A stretch of 54,256 nt of DNA, taken from Patescibacteria group bacterium (GTDB taxonomy: Bacteria > Patescibacteriota > Microgenomatia > UBA8517). Under the pieces are notes generated by a model. The model worked only from the letters and a program-made list of their open reading frames with translations. It was not told the origin of the DNA and searched no databases. The stretch lies in the NCBI GenBank assembly GCA_018823885.1, contig JAHJHG010000007.1:1-54256 (forward strand). Reading direction: 5' to 3'. Below, piece after piece: positions 1 through 9,518 of this stretch (the stretch's first letter is position 1; every line of letters starts with the position of its first letter). Position numbers and translations under genes: made by a program.

Positions 1-1256
1 GCAAGGCTGTTCTGAGCAGAAACCGAAACATCATCTGGTACGCACTTTAGTACTTCTAAATTGTCCGTCATCCAAGATTCATGTCGATAAAAAGCTCTTT
101 TGAACAAGCTATTTATCGGGGCATGCAAGAAGTAATCTTCTGCAACAATTAATCCTACTATTATTATTGCAATTAGAGACCCTGCAAAATAGGCTTTTTT
201 CTTAAATCTTTTCTGCAAATTATTAAAGCCATAGATACTTCCCCAAGCCATTATCGTTGCCATAGGCAAAGAATAGGCAAAATAAGGGGTCCAGCGAATT
301 GTTTTCGCATAATCAAGAAATCGGCTGGCAAATTGCTCAAAAACCAAGATCAAAGTAGAAGGCGCAAATATGGGCAAGAATCCCCATGGCCAAAAGGCAG
401 TGAACATTGTATTAATTTTTACGGGAGAATCAATAAAGGCTCTTACTAAAACCAGAGGGTTTTTAAGCACATTAAGTATTACTTCAAATGGTGTTTCACC
501 TAAAATTCCAAACCCAGAGTGCCTATAGGTCCCGTCGCCTATTGCCGGCATTATTAATCCAACCAGAAAAGCTGTTGCCCCTAGACCAAAAACAATAGAT
601 AGTATTGCTTGTTTCCATCTTTTTCTATCATTCAAAAGCGCCCACAGTCCAAAAGCGGCTAAAAGCAAGCCGATTTCCTCTTTAACTAGCAATGCCAATA
701 AAAATGATAGCCAGTAAAACTTTTGATTTTTTGTTTCCCAAAAATACATAACTGCCCCCAGTGTTAAGGGCAAAAAGGCAAGCTCGTGAAACCCGGAAAA
801 AGTGTGCCACTGTAAAGAGTAGAACAAAAGGTACCCAATAATTACGACCAAACTAAACAAGCGATGCTTGGTTATTTTTTTACTTAAATAATAAAGCGGA
901 GCAGCACCAAGAGCAGTAACAACAGCCTGTACAGAAACGAGTAATTTTACGCTAGGCCATATCCAATACAAAGGAACAATTGTAATCAAAATTATATGGA
1001 AATGATCGGCCAACCAAGGAAGATCATGGAAAGACGAATATGGAATCTTGAACAAGGACCATTGCCAAATACCATGATCGAAAACACCTAAATCCCAGCC
1101 ATAGGTCTCAAAAAGCCTGTGCTTATTAATGGACATAAAACAATAAATTCCGGCAAAAAGAAAGACAAGAAACCATGCAAAATAGTCTTCATATTTTAAT
1201 ATTTTCCCTTTTTCTTTACCCTGAAGAATCTTTTTGACTGTTGTAACTAAATGCAT
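1..1256 (-). CDS. DUF2079-family membrane protein (GT-C-like), 3' end beyond window
   Basis: Not in the ORF track (no stop found). I translated the two ends: ATG at 1256 shares 1 nt with the upstream TGA and gives MHLVTTVKK...FETYGWDLGVFDHGIWQW...LADHFHIIL...PLYWIWPSVKLLVSVQA; the window edge reads LKCVPDDVSVSAQNSL in the same frame. Motifs typical of DUF2079. Confidence 0.8.
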   Translation of the reverse strand, partial: MHLVTTVKKILQGKEKGKILKYEDYFAWFLVFLFAGIYCFMSINKHRLFETYGWDLGVFDHGIWQWSLFKIPYSSFHDLPWLADHFHIILITIVPLYWIWPSVKLLVSVQAVVTALGAAPLYYLSKKITKHRLFSLVVIIGYLLFYSLQWHTFSGFHELAFLPLTLGAVMYFWETKNQKFYWLSFLLALLVKEEIGLLLAAFGLWALLNDRKRWKQAILSIVFGLGATAFLVGLIMPAIGDGTYRHSGFGILGETPFEVILNVLKNPLVLVRAFIDSPVKINTMFTAFWPWGFLPIFAPSTLILVFEQFASRFLDYAKTIRWTPYFAYSLPMATIMAWGSIYGFNNLQKRFKKKAYFAGSLIAIIIVGLIVAEDYFLHAPINSLFKRAFYRHESWMTDNLEVLKCVPDDVSVSAQNSL

Positions 1257-2098
1257 CAATATCCAACCTTGCCCTGCCAAACCCTTCTTTTAAGCATTCT
1301 AAGTGGGGTTTGAATCAATGCTTTAACATAATAATCTCTATCCATATTGCCCCAAGTAGATAATATAACATTGGGCCTAGGTTTAAAGAACACTTCTGGA
1401 TAGTGGAAATCCAGAGGAAAGCTTTTTCCAATTTCTATCTTTTGCTTTATTTTCCTTTTAGGAACATCCAAATCTTTTTCGAGTGTCGATGATCGGATCA
1501 TATGAGTAAAATGCATAAAATGGGCATTAATAAACTTCCTAAATTTCTGGGGTCTTTTTTGAATGAGCCTCCCTTTTCCATCAAAAAATCCTTGTGTACC
1601 ATGAGGTTTGTCTAAATGAAGTCCGGAAATTTTCCTATTCATGGCTCTTATCGTATAGTGTCCTACTTTCCCATCAATTCCATATCTTCCGGCCCTTTTT
1701 TCTTGATAGTGATAGATATCTCCCACGATGTTGTAGTAGGGATTAACAATTGTTTCAAGCTTGTCTCCTTGTTTATGAATTGTATCTACTACTTTTCTGA
1801 TTGAATCACTCCACCACACCTCGTCCCCATCAAGAATCAGGACCCAATCTGATTTTGTTTCATCCAGCATTTGTTGTCTTACGAAAGTAAACTCATCAAT
1901 ATTAACTTCTCCTATTTCTTTAAATATAATTTTATGAGGATATTTATTTTGAAGTTTTTTTATAATCTCAACCGTTTTGTCCGTACTGCCCGTATCCCAA
2001 ATAAGTATTTTGTTTACATAATTAATAACACTCATGATCGCATACCAAAGATATCTTTCCTCATTTTTGACTAATGTGTGTGCCCAAATCTTTTTCAT
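1256..2098 (-). CDS. Glycosyltransferase family 2 (GT-A)
   Basis: HTLVKNEE, WDTGSTDKT, ILDGDE DxD motif; ATGA overlap with upstream gene. Confidence 0.9.
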   Translation of the reverse strand: MKKIWAHTLVKNEERYLWYAIMSVINYVNKILIWDTGSTDKTVEIIKKLQNKYPHKIIFKEIGEVNIDEFTFVRQQMLDETKSDWVLILDGDEVWWSDSIRKVVDTIHKQGDKLETIVNPYYNIVGDIYHYQEKRAGRYGIDGKVGHYTIRAMNRKISGLHLDKPHGTQGFFDGKGRLIQKRPQKFRKFINAHFMHFTHMIRSSTLEKDLDVPKRKIKQKIEIGKSFPLDFHYPEVFFKPRPNVILSTWGNMDRDYYVKALIQTPLRMLKRRVWQGKVGY

Positions 2099-2844
2099 AT
2101 CAATTTTCTGTGTTTATATCCTTTCCCTCGCCTTAGCATAAATTTTAAAATTGCTTTGTAAATATAGTAAGGATTGTCCAAAAACAGCAAAGCCTTTCCT
2201 CTTTTTATTAAATTTTTGTGTTTTTGCAAATAGCCTTCATATTCATCTATGAGTTCATGAATATTGAGGCTATTCTTTGCCATATAATCAATTTCTTCCT
2301 CCCAGTAATATCGCGTTTCATTCTCGCCTAGCCAGTCTACTATATGAAACTTAGGAGTATATAGAACTGGATAATTCTTTGGAATAATCTGTAACTTTTT
2401 TTTCTTTTTAGTAAAAAACCACTTATGATGCGCATTGCCCGGCACCCTTCTTGGCCCTGTAAGCCAGTTGGTAATATCAAAATGAGAAAACTCCATATCC
2501 TTTCCCATCGAAGGTGTCGCAATATAACCCCTTTTTGCCACCCTAGACATCTCATCTAATACTAAAAACGGCTGCGACAAATCTTCAAGGGTGTGAGTAC
2601 ATAGACAAAAATCGAACTCATTGTTCTTAAATGGAAGCCTCTCTCTTGTAATGTCAAGCCTGATAAAATTGTCTGCCTCTAGCTTGGAAGAGCCATAAGG
2701 TGCTTCTTCGGGATGAATAATGTCAACCAACGTATGTATTTTAATTTCTTCGTGTTGCTTCATACTCCCCCCAATGTCTAAAACTTTTTCTTTTGAAGAT
2801 ATTCTGAATTTTTTGATAATATGCTTATCTGACAAAGTATTCAT
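2095..2844 (-). CDS. Class I SAM-dependent methyltransferase
   Basis: VLDIGG motif I, LPFKNNEFDFCLCTHTLED, EMSRVAKRGYI. Confidence 0.8.
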   Translation of the reverse strand: MNTLSDKHIIKKFRISSKEKVLDIGGSMKQHEEIKIHTLVDIIHPEEAPYGSSKLEADNFIRLDITRERLPFKNNEFDFCLCTHTLEDLSQPFLVLDEMSRVAKRGYIATPSMGKDMEFSHFDITNWLTGPRRVPGNAHHKWFFTKKKKKLQIIPKNYPVLYTPKFHIVDWLGENETRYYWEEEIDYMAKNSLNIHELIDEYEGYLQKHKNLIKRGKALLFLDNPYYIYKAILKFMLRRGKGYKHRKLI

Positions 2845-4127
2845 GTTTTGGGGCTAGTCCGATAATACCTAATAACTATTGTCCACACATAAACTGCCAA
2901 TATTGTATTAACTAAACCAAACGCTACAGTTGGGGCATAAACGCCAATTTTGGGAATAAGAATCAGATTGATTATGAAAACTGTGAATATCTGGAAAAAC
3001 GAAAAAACTCCAATATAAATCGGTTTTTTCATTGCATAAATTATCGCGGGGACTGCAGGAGCGGTAAGAAGAAAAGGAATCATAGATGCAGCTAGTGCCC
3101 TAAATACTGGAACAGAGGGTAGATATTTTTGTCCGAAAAGTATTGCGATAAAAGGCTCTGCAATAGCAATCCAAAGAATCACGCCGAAAATTACAGGAAC
3201 TATTGCCAATGATGCTTTCTTAATATAAGTTTTTTCGCTCTCTTTGTTTCCGAAGGAGGCCAGTCTGGGAGCCAATACAGCTGAAAAACTTGATGTAAGC
3301 AGCACAATAAACATGGCTAGCCTAGAAGAAATAGAGTAAAAACCCGTCATTGTCGCCCCTGCCATGGCTGCGAGCATCTGAACATCTAGGCGTCCAGATA
3401 CTGAAGAAATCACCCTGTTTACACCCAGCCAACCAGAAAAACGAAGAAGCTTTGAGTAAACATCTTTTTCGACCCTAACAAGCAAAAAGCTCGTTCCCAA
3501 AAAAGCAAAACCCGCCAATATTACAAAAAAAGTACTTAGCGTAAATGCGACAAATGCTTTCGTTAATGTGAGTCCACCTAACATAAAAAAACCAAAAGCT
3601 AACAACAATCTTCCTCCTGCCAAAGACAAATCAACCACGACCGATTGCAAAAAGCGCTTTTGTGCTTGAAGTATCGAAGGGAAAAGAGCCCAAAATAGAA
3701 ATGCTAGAGATAGTCCGCCCACCCAATAGGCTACCGTCGCGTCTCTTGTAGCAAGAAAACTATTAGAAATAAATGGTGCAAAAAGGACAGTAATTAAAAC
3801 CAAAACAGAAAGTGCAATCAACCTCACAACAAGCGATGCTTTCATATACTTCTGGGCCTTTAAAACATCTCCTTTGCGCGAAGCTTTTGCTATAAAGCTA
3901 ATTAGTCCAGACGAAATACCGAGATCAGACAAAGAAGCAATGATCGTGACCAAGTTTACAGCTGCGGAGAATACCCCAAAGTCTGAAACTGATAGTCCTC
4001 TAGCGATTAGAAGAGTAAAAAGAAAACTAAAAAAAGCAGATACTAAATTTCCAATAAATAAAACGTATGTATCTCTCGCGGTCGCGGAAGTAGCCAGTGT
4101 TGCTATCCTCTTATATTGTCTTTTCAC
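2841..4127 (-). CDS. wzx: Wzx-like oligosaccharide flippase (MOP superfamily)
   Basis: Highly hydrophobic 428 aa; ARGLSVSDFGVFS, SDLGIS, RLDVQML, GFYSISSRL, VLAPRLA, ILFGQKY; GTG start. Confidence 0.85.
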   Translation of the reverse strand: MKRQYKRIATLATSATARDTYVLFIGNLVSAFFSFLFTLLIARGLSVSDFGVFSAAVNLVTIIASLSDLGISSGLISFIAKASRKGDVLKAQKYMKASLVVRLIALSVLVLITVLFAPFISNSFLATRDATVAYWVGGLSLAFLFWALFPSILQAQKRFLQSVVVDLSLAGGRLLLAFGFFMLGGLTLTKAFVAFTLSTFFVILAGFAFLGTSFLLVRVEKDVYSKLLRFSGWLGVNRVISSVSGRLDVQMLAAMAGATMTGFYSISSRLAMFIVLLTSSFSAVLAPRLASFGNKESEKTYIKKASLAIVPVIFGVILWIAIAEPFIAILFGQKYLPSVPVFRALAASMIPFLLTAPAVPAIIYAMKKPIYIGVFSFFQIFTVFIINLILIPKIGVYAPTVAFGLVNTILAVYVWTIVIRYYRTSPKT

Positions 4128-4135
4128 TAGCTAAA

Positions 4136-4141
4136 ATTGTA
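4136..4141 (-). promoter_or_regulatory. Putative -10 box (TACAAT) 8 nt upstream of the wzx GTG
   Basis: Minus strand reads GGC-TACAAT-TTTAGCTA-GTG in a 17-nt gap; no Shine-Dalgarno. Confidence 0.4.
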
Positions 4142-4144
4142 GCC

Positions 4145-5818
4145 TTAATGCTCCTTCCTCACAAGAAGGACTGCCCTTGCATCTTGTCTTTCATAAGTTT
4201 CTTCTGCTGATACTTGATAAACATCTTTTAGTTCAAAATTGTCAGCAATAAATTCATTTTCCAGATTTTCGGGATTATAAAATATCTGCCTCCATTCTTC
4301 TCCCATATAATAATTTTCATCATCTATAAGATAACTTGTGAGATATATTGCATCAAAAGGAATTTCTTTATCATCTTTAAGGTTTAACTGCTCTGGTTTT
4401 AATGGAAACCAAATCGTTTTTCTTTCTCCATACCAACTTCCCCAGGTATCAAGATTTGTAATAACCACATCATCTAAGCCTGTATTGTCTCGAAGTAGCC
4501 ACGACAATCGAACGTAAGCAGGAGGTTTTCCTTTATTTGTTCTTGCAACCTTAAACCTTGAATCTAGAAAAATCACCCCCAGAGTTTGCCCCACTACAAA
4601 GAAAAATATCAAGAAAGTAGATATCCCTGTAGTTAAGTGCCCTTTTTTTAACCCAGAATATGTTTTTTTTAGATAGCTGAAAATTGACACTTTTGAGTCA
4701 ATCATTTTTTCGACTATCCAAACCAGAGTTGCTACCGCAAAAATATAAACAAAAGGAACAGTTGGATGAAGATATCGGTAAAAAGGAATTGTAATTGCAT
4801 TAACAATAAAGACAATTGCAACCATAAATAAAACCGTTAGTTTTGAAGAATTAATAAGCCTGTTTTTATTGCTTTTGAAAAGACCAATGATAAATAATGC
4901 CCAAAGATATGGAGATGCGATTTCAGGAAGAAGTTTATAAAAATTATACATATTATAAAGAAATTTTTTGATCATGATTCCAATATTGGCCAAAAATAAG
5001 GCTCGTGGATCAATAAGTGTTTCTCTCAAGGCCACATTGGATGGAGCTATTGTTGAATAATGGAGAGATGAAATAAGTCCCCTGTTAAATATTGATACCA
5101 GAAACAATTTATCTCCAAATAATCTGGCAGCAATTTCGTAAATAAGAATAGTTGAAACAACAATAAAAACAATTTTCAAATAAATATAGCGATTGTCCTT
5201 TAGATTTAGATAAAGAAAAAATGCCAAGAGAACAATTAAATATATTGGAGCATGGGGCCTTGCAAGATAAATAGGTATGAAACTTAAAAAACCGAATAGG
5301 TTGGTCCATTTATTATTTAAAATAAAAAGATAAAAAACCAATAACAATCCAAATACAAAAAGCGTTTCGGTTGCTCCAGTTGTCGCATAGTCCAGAAAGT
5401 TAACATTAGCTGCAACTGCCACCGCACTCAAAAACCCGACAAGTCTTCCAAAAAGCTTATTTCCAATTAAATAAACCATTGTTACAATACCTAAATAAAA
5501 AATAGATGAAGTAGTAATTACCGATAAATCTGAGATTCCCAGTGCTTTAAACGACGCTAGAAAAGCAAAAGACATCAGAGGCGACATCCAATATGCAGAA
5601 AAAAGATTGTCTTTTGTTAAATTTAATAAGGCATTTGAAAATGTAGAATAACTAACTCCATAACCTCTACCAGTAGCAATGTTTCTTGCCAAATCTGCGT
5701 ACTTTGCACTGTCAGAAAATGTTAAATACGGAGTTTGAGTAAGTTTGTTGAAGAAACAAAGGAACAAAATACTAAGAAGTAGTAACATAATTACTGAAAA
5801 GTATTTTCTTAGTAGCAT
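4145..5818 (-). CDS. ArnT/PMT-like GT-C membrane glycosyltransferase
   Basis: TM1 then FSDSAKYADLARNIATGRG loop, TETLF, ARP, FYRY; polytopic with a C-terminal soluble domain. Confidence 0.8.
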   Translation of the reverse strand: MLLRKYFSVIMLLLLSILFLCFFNKLTQTPYLTFSDSAKYADLARNIATGRGYGVSYSTFSNALLNLTKDNLFSAYWMSPLMSFAFLASFKALGISDLSVITTSSIFYLGIVTMVYLIGNKLFGRLVGFLSAVAVAANVNFLDYATTGATETLFVFGLLLVFYLFILNNKWTNLFGFLSFIPIYLARPHAPIYLIVLLAFFLYLNLKDNRYIYLKIVFIVVSTILIYEIAARLFGDKLFLVSIFNRGLISSLHYSTIAPSNVALRETLIDPRALFLANIGIMIKKFLYNMYNFYKLLPEIASPYLWALFIIGLFKSNKNRLINSSKLTVLFMVAIVFIVNAITIPFYRYLHPTVPFVYIFAVATLVWIVEKMIDSKVSIFSYLKKTYSGLKKGHLTTGISTFLIFFFVVGQTLGVIFLDSRFKVARTNKGKPPAYVRLSWLLRDNTGLDDVVITNLDTWGSWYGERKTIWFPLKPEQLNLKDDKEIPFDAIYLTSYLIDDENYYMGEEWRQIFYNPENLENEFIADNFELKDVYQVSAEETYERQDARAVLLVRKEH

Positions 5819-5824
5819 GATCTG

Positions 5825-5833
5825 ATTATATCA
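5825..5833 (-). promoter_or_regulatory. Putative extended -10 promoter (TGaTATAAT), leaderless spacing
   Basis: Minus strand reads GC-TGA-TATAAT-CAGATC-ATG; 6 nt to the start at 5818. Confidence 0.6.
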
Positions 5834-5842
5834 GCATTGTAT

Positions 5843-6535
5843 TCATCCTTTATAATAAACAGCGAACAAATCAGGAGAAAACAGTGGCACCCACAAGTGC
5901 TTTAATAATCTAAGTCTTCCAGCACAATCAATTCTTTCTCGCTTAAAACCCGCTCTGGAAAAGACTAAGTCTAAAGAGTGCAGTGCAAAGAACCTTATGT
6001 GTTCATCACAGACACCAGGAATTACCCCATGTGTTGGTGCTGTTTCGGGGAAATTACCTAACATTAGATTAATTCTGTGAGGCAACCAGGCCACATTCGG
6101 CACTTCAACCACCACTCTTCCGCCTTTTCCAACAATTTTCGATAGTTTTGTTAATAATTCCAGCGGCCAAGAAATGTGCTCTAATATTGCCAACATGTAA
6201 ACTGTATCAAATTTTTGTTTTTTTAATATTGCTTTTTGTACAAAAGTATCTATGTCGCTGATAATATACTCTGTGTTGTCATTGGCTTTCTTCTTGGCTT
6301 TCTTAATCAAACCTGGAGCCAAATCAACACCAATAAGTTTTTTGTATTTTTTGTGTAAAAATCTATTTATCAACTCCCCATCACCGCAAGCAACGTCTAA
6401 ACAGGCTTGTCCAGACAATCCAAGCTCTACTGCAACTTCCTCTCTGGAATAATTTTTAACAAAGCGGTCTAAAAAAACACCCCACCATGGTTGCTTGACT
6501 TTCATGGGGTTAGAATAATACTCTTCAAGACACAT
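5843..6535 (-). CDS. Class I SAM-dependent methyltransferase (start may be ATG 6505)
   Basis: CLDVACGDG, GVDLA, FDTVYMLAILEHI, GGRVVVEVPN, EHIRFF. Confidence 0.9.
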   Translation of the reverse strand: MCLEEYYSNPMKVKQPWWGVFLDRFVKNYSREEVAVELGLSGQACLDVACGDGELINRFLHKKYKKLIGVDLAPGLIKKAKKKANDNTEYIISDIDTFVQKAILKKQKFDTVYMLAILEHISWPLELLTKLSKIVGKGGRVVVEVPNVAWLPHRINLMLGNFPETAPTHGVIPGVCDEHIRFFALHSLDLVFSRAGFKRERIDCAGRLRLLKHLWVPLFSPDLFAVYYKG

Positions 6536-6556
6536 ATAATTAAGCTTATAATTTAA

Positions 6557-7141
6557 CTAAAGATCTTTCAGCATCCAGATAGAATGCTCTACTGCTCTGT
6601 CTATCTGGCTTAAGCTCTTAATGACCTTAATAATTGAACCTTTCAAGCCATCATTTCTTAACACTTCTCTAAAAGCAATAAGGTAGCGATCATAAAAAGC
6701 TACTTCGATTTTTTTAAAACCCACCACCTCATATAATTTAATAGCTCTTGAGTTACTTTCATACACATTCAGTAAAATCTTATTAATTCCTTCTTTTTTG
6801 CACTGGTCAAAAAGTTGATTTGTAAATCCTTTTGCCAGCCCTTTTCCTCGAAACTCTTCTGAAATTACTATTCCGAAATATCCTTTCATTGGAAATAGTG
6901 GAAATCTACTAACAAAAGCGTACCCGGCTATTTTTCTTTTTTTTCTGCTCGACAAGAATATTCTTACATCTTTCTTGTCTGCAAATAATTTTTTCAGAAA
7001 TTCCTCGCTGAAAGGATGAGGATGAAATAGCTTTATGGTTTGAGGAATAAGAGATTTAAAAAAATTTGCCAAAATTTTAGCATGAGAAGCTTTAATTCTT
7101 ACTATCAAATATTCCTTCGGTTTCTTATCGCTAATATGCAT
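6557..7141 (-). CDS. GNAT-family N-acetyltransferase
   Basis: FRGKGLAK acetyl-CoA motif A and NSRAIKLYEVVGF motif B. Confidence 0.85.
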   Translation of the reverse strand: MHISDKKPKEYLIVRIKASHAKILANFFKSLIPQTIKLFHPHPFSEEFLKKLFADKKDVRIFLSSRKKRKIAGYAFVSRFPLFPMKGYFGIVISEEFRGKGLAKGFTNQLFDQCKKEGINKILLNVYESNSRAIKLYEVVGFKKIEVAFYDRYLIAFREVLRNDGLKGSIIKVIKSLSQIDRAVEHSIWMLKDL

Positions 7142-7145
7142 TTTC

Positions 7146-8249
7146 TTAACTAAGTATGTTCATAACAGTTCTAGCTACGTACAAAGCCTCTTTTTCAGTA
7201 AGAGTAACACCAGAAGGTAAATTCAAACCATTGGAGGCCAAATAATCAACTACTGGGAGTCTAATTTTATGATTTATGTATGGCAATTTGTATATTGGAT
7301 AGAAAAATGGGCGAGTTTCTATGTTTGCTTCCGAAAGTCTATGTATTAATCTATCTCTTGAGGCCTTACTTTTATCAGTTAAAACGATTGAAGACATCCA
7401 ATAGGTGCTTCTAGCCCATTTCTCTTCGGGGGAGAATTCAATTTTATCAAAACCCTTAAAGGTTTTCTTGTAAATTTCAGCGATCTTTCTTTTTCTCGAA
7501 ATAAATTTATTTATTCTTTCAAGTTGAGCCAACCCTACCGCTGCTTGAAGATTTGTTAGGGCATAATTGTAGCCAAGTTGGGCATGATAATATAAGCTCA
7601 CCGCTCTATCTCTCGCACCATCTCTTAAATATTTCACTTTTTCTGCAAGCTTCTTGTCGTTGGTTACAACCATTCCACCTTCACCAGTTGTTATAGTTTT
7701 ATTCCCAAAGAAACTAAAACAAGACATCTCTCCAAAACTTCCCACTTTTTTTCCATTAACTAATGCTCCGTGCGCTTCTGCTGCATCTTCGATCACAAAA
7801 ATTTTATATTTCCTGGCTATTTTCATAATTGCTGGCATGTTTACAGGATGTCCATATAAATGCACAGGGATAATTGCTTTGGTTCTTTTGCTAATCTTTT
7901 TTTCAATACCCTTGGGATCTAAACACCAATTGAACCTGTCCACTTCAAGAAAAACAGGTTTCGCACCTACATAAAGCACTGCGTTTGCTGTAGCAGCAAA
8001 AGTTAAACCAGGAATCAAAACTTCATCACCAGGGCCTATGTCAAACGCCAACAGCGCTAAGTGCAATGCTACTGTTCCATTTGAAACGGGAATGCCATGT
8101 TTCACTCCACAATACTTAGCAAATTTTTCACCAAATTCAGGAACATATGAACCGTTTGAAGAAATCCAATTTGTCCTTATACATTTGGTAACGTATTTCA
8201 GTTCGTTACCTTTTAAGTCTGGTTCAGCAATAGGTATTTTCTTTCGCAT
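7146..8249 (-). CDS. per: DegT/DnrJ/EryC1/StrS aminotransferase, GDP-perosamine synthase-like
   Basis: WISSNG, SNGTVALHLAL, VHLYGHP, IEDAAEAHG, SFFGNKTITTGEGGM (PLP lysine motif of the perosamine synthase type). Confidence 0.8.
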   Translation of the reverse strand: MRKKIPIAEPDLKGNELKYVTKCIRTNWISSNGSYVPEFGEKFAKYCGVKHGIPVSNGTVALHLALLAFDIGPGDEVLIPGLTFAATANAVLYVGAKPVFLEVDRFNWCLDPKGIEKKISKRTKAIIPVHLYGHPVNMPAIMKIARKYKIFVIEDAAEAHGALVNGKKVGSFGEMSCFSFFGNKTITTGEGGMVVTNDKKLAEKVKYLRDGARDRAVSLYYHAQLGYNYALTNLQAAVGLAQLERINKFISRKRKIAEIYKKTFKGFDKIEFSPEEKWARSTYWMSSIVLTDKSKASRDRLIHRLSEANIETRPFFYPIYKLPYINHKIRLPVVDYLASNGLNLPSGVTLTEKEALYVARTVMNILS

Positions 8250-8317
8250 ATTTAATCCTTCACCTCTTTTGTAGTTTTATCTATCCGTCTGTAAGCAGAA
8301 TTCCAAATAGATATATT

Positions 8318-9508
8318 TTATTCATTTGCTACTTTTCTAATATTCGTATAAAACCTTTCGGCAACCGATTCCCAAGAAAACTTGTCAATTACTATCTTTC
8401 TTCCTCTTTTGCCCATGTCCATTCTTAGGGATTTATTGCTAAGCAATTCTATCACCTTTTCTGCCAATTTCGTTTCATTCTTCGGATCTACAAGAAAACC
8501 CGCTTCACCATCCTTAAACTGTTCTTTTCCTTCCGGGCTCGTAATTACTGGCGTTTCACAAGCCATGGCCTCTTTTACAGACATGCTCATACTCTGCATA
8601 ATACTAGGCTGAACAGCAATTTCCGCTAAACCAGCATATAAAGGCAAGTCGTCATATTTCACAAAACCCAGATATTTTATATTTTTGGTCACTCTCAATT
8701 CTTTCGCCAATAGCTCCATTCTCTCTTTCTCTTCTTTATTATCTATCGTGTATGAAATTAGAAGTAGCAATTTGGGAATTTCTTTTACTATATAGGGCAG
8801 GGCTTTGATAAGGAATGAAGTACCTTTAATCCCAGTAAAATCCGTACTATGGAATACTATTTTTCTATCTTTGTATTTGCTTTTTAGAAAATTTACCTTT
8901 ACTGGTTTAAAAAAATCTGTATTTACCCCTTCGTAAACAACGTTTACATCTTTTCTTCCATAAACTTTCGCTATCCACTTTTTATTAAAGTTGCTTAAAG
9001 TCAAAACTTTTGTTGACTTAATTGTTTGGTTCTTGTCTAAATTATTGTAAAAGGGTTTTATAATTTTTACAAACAATTTTCTTAAAGAAGATAATCCTGC
9101 AATAAAATTCGGATCGTGGAAAAAGGCAAATGGTTCATAACACAGCTGTATCGTTTTGTCTGATAAGCGATTTGCTAAGACATTCAGGGGAAACATGCTT
9201 GAAATAACAACGTCTGAATTTGTTGCTTCCTGTCTGAGATACCATTTCTCTATACGAAGAAAAAACGGAATCAACAGCCAATAAAAAGGATTGTTTGTTG
9301 AAAATCCGAGAAATGTTTTAAATTTTATTCCAGCTTCTGTAAACTCATTCCTAGCAAAACTAGACATCGCCCCTGAGTACAAAACCGTATCGCAATTATA
9401 TTTACTTCCCAGCCTTCTTATTACCTCATAAATATATCTATGGCCACCCATCCAATTTAAAAAATGGGGATGCAACCATAATACTTTATACTTTTTCCTT
9501 TTTTCCAT
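8318..9508 (-). CDS. Glycosyltransferase family 4 (GT-B)
   Basis: HPHF..GGHRY, YEGVNTDFFKP, YLGFV, EAMACETPVI, FSWESVA. Confidence 0.85.
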   Translation of the reverse strand: MEKRKKYKVLWLHPHFLNWMGGHRYIYEVIRRLGSKYNCDTVLYSGAMSSFARNEFTEAGIKFKTFLGFSTNNPFYWLLIPFFLRIEKWYLRQEATNSDVVISSMFPLNVLANRLSDKTIQLCYEPFAFFHDPNFIAGLSSLRKLFVKIIKPFYNNLDKNQTIKSTKVLTLSNFNKKWIAKVYGRKDVNVVYEGVNTDFFKPVKVNFLKSKYKDRKIVFHSTDFTGIKGTSFLIKALPYIVKEIPKLLLLISYTIDNKEEKERMELLAKELRVTKNIKYLGFVKYDDLPLYAGLAEIAVQPSIMQSMSMSVKEAMACETPVITSPEGKEQFKDGEAGFLVDPKNETKLAEKVIELLSNKSLRMDMGKRGRKIVIDKFSWESVAERFYTNIRKVANE

Positions 9509-9518
9509 TTTTATTACT

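Noticed and set aside
2396-6944. Poly-T runs of about 8 nt as phase-variation tracts (e.g. 2396-2403, 4663-4670)
   Set aside because: They encode Lys-rich stretches in AT-rich DNA, all frames are intact, and there are no long G/C tracts
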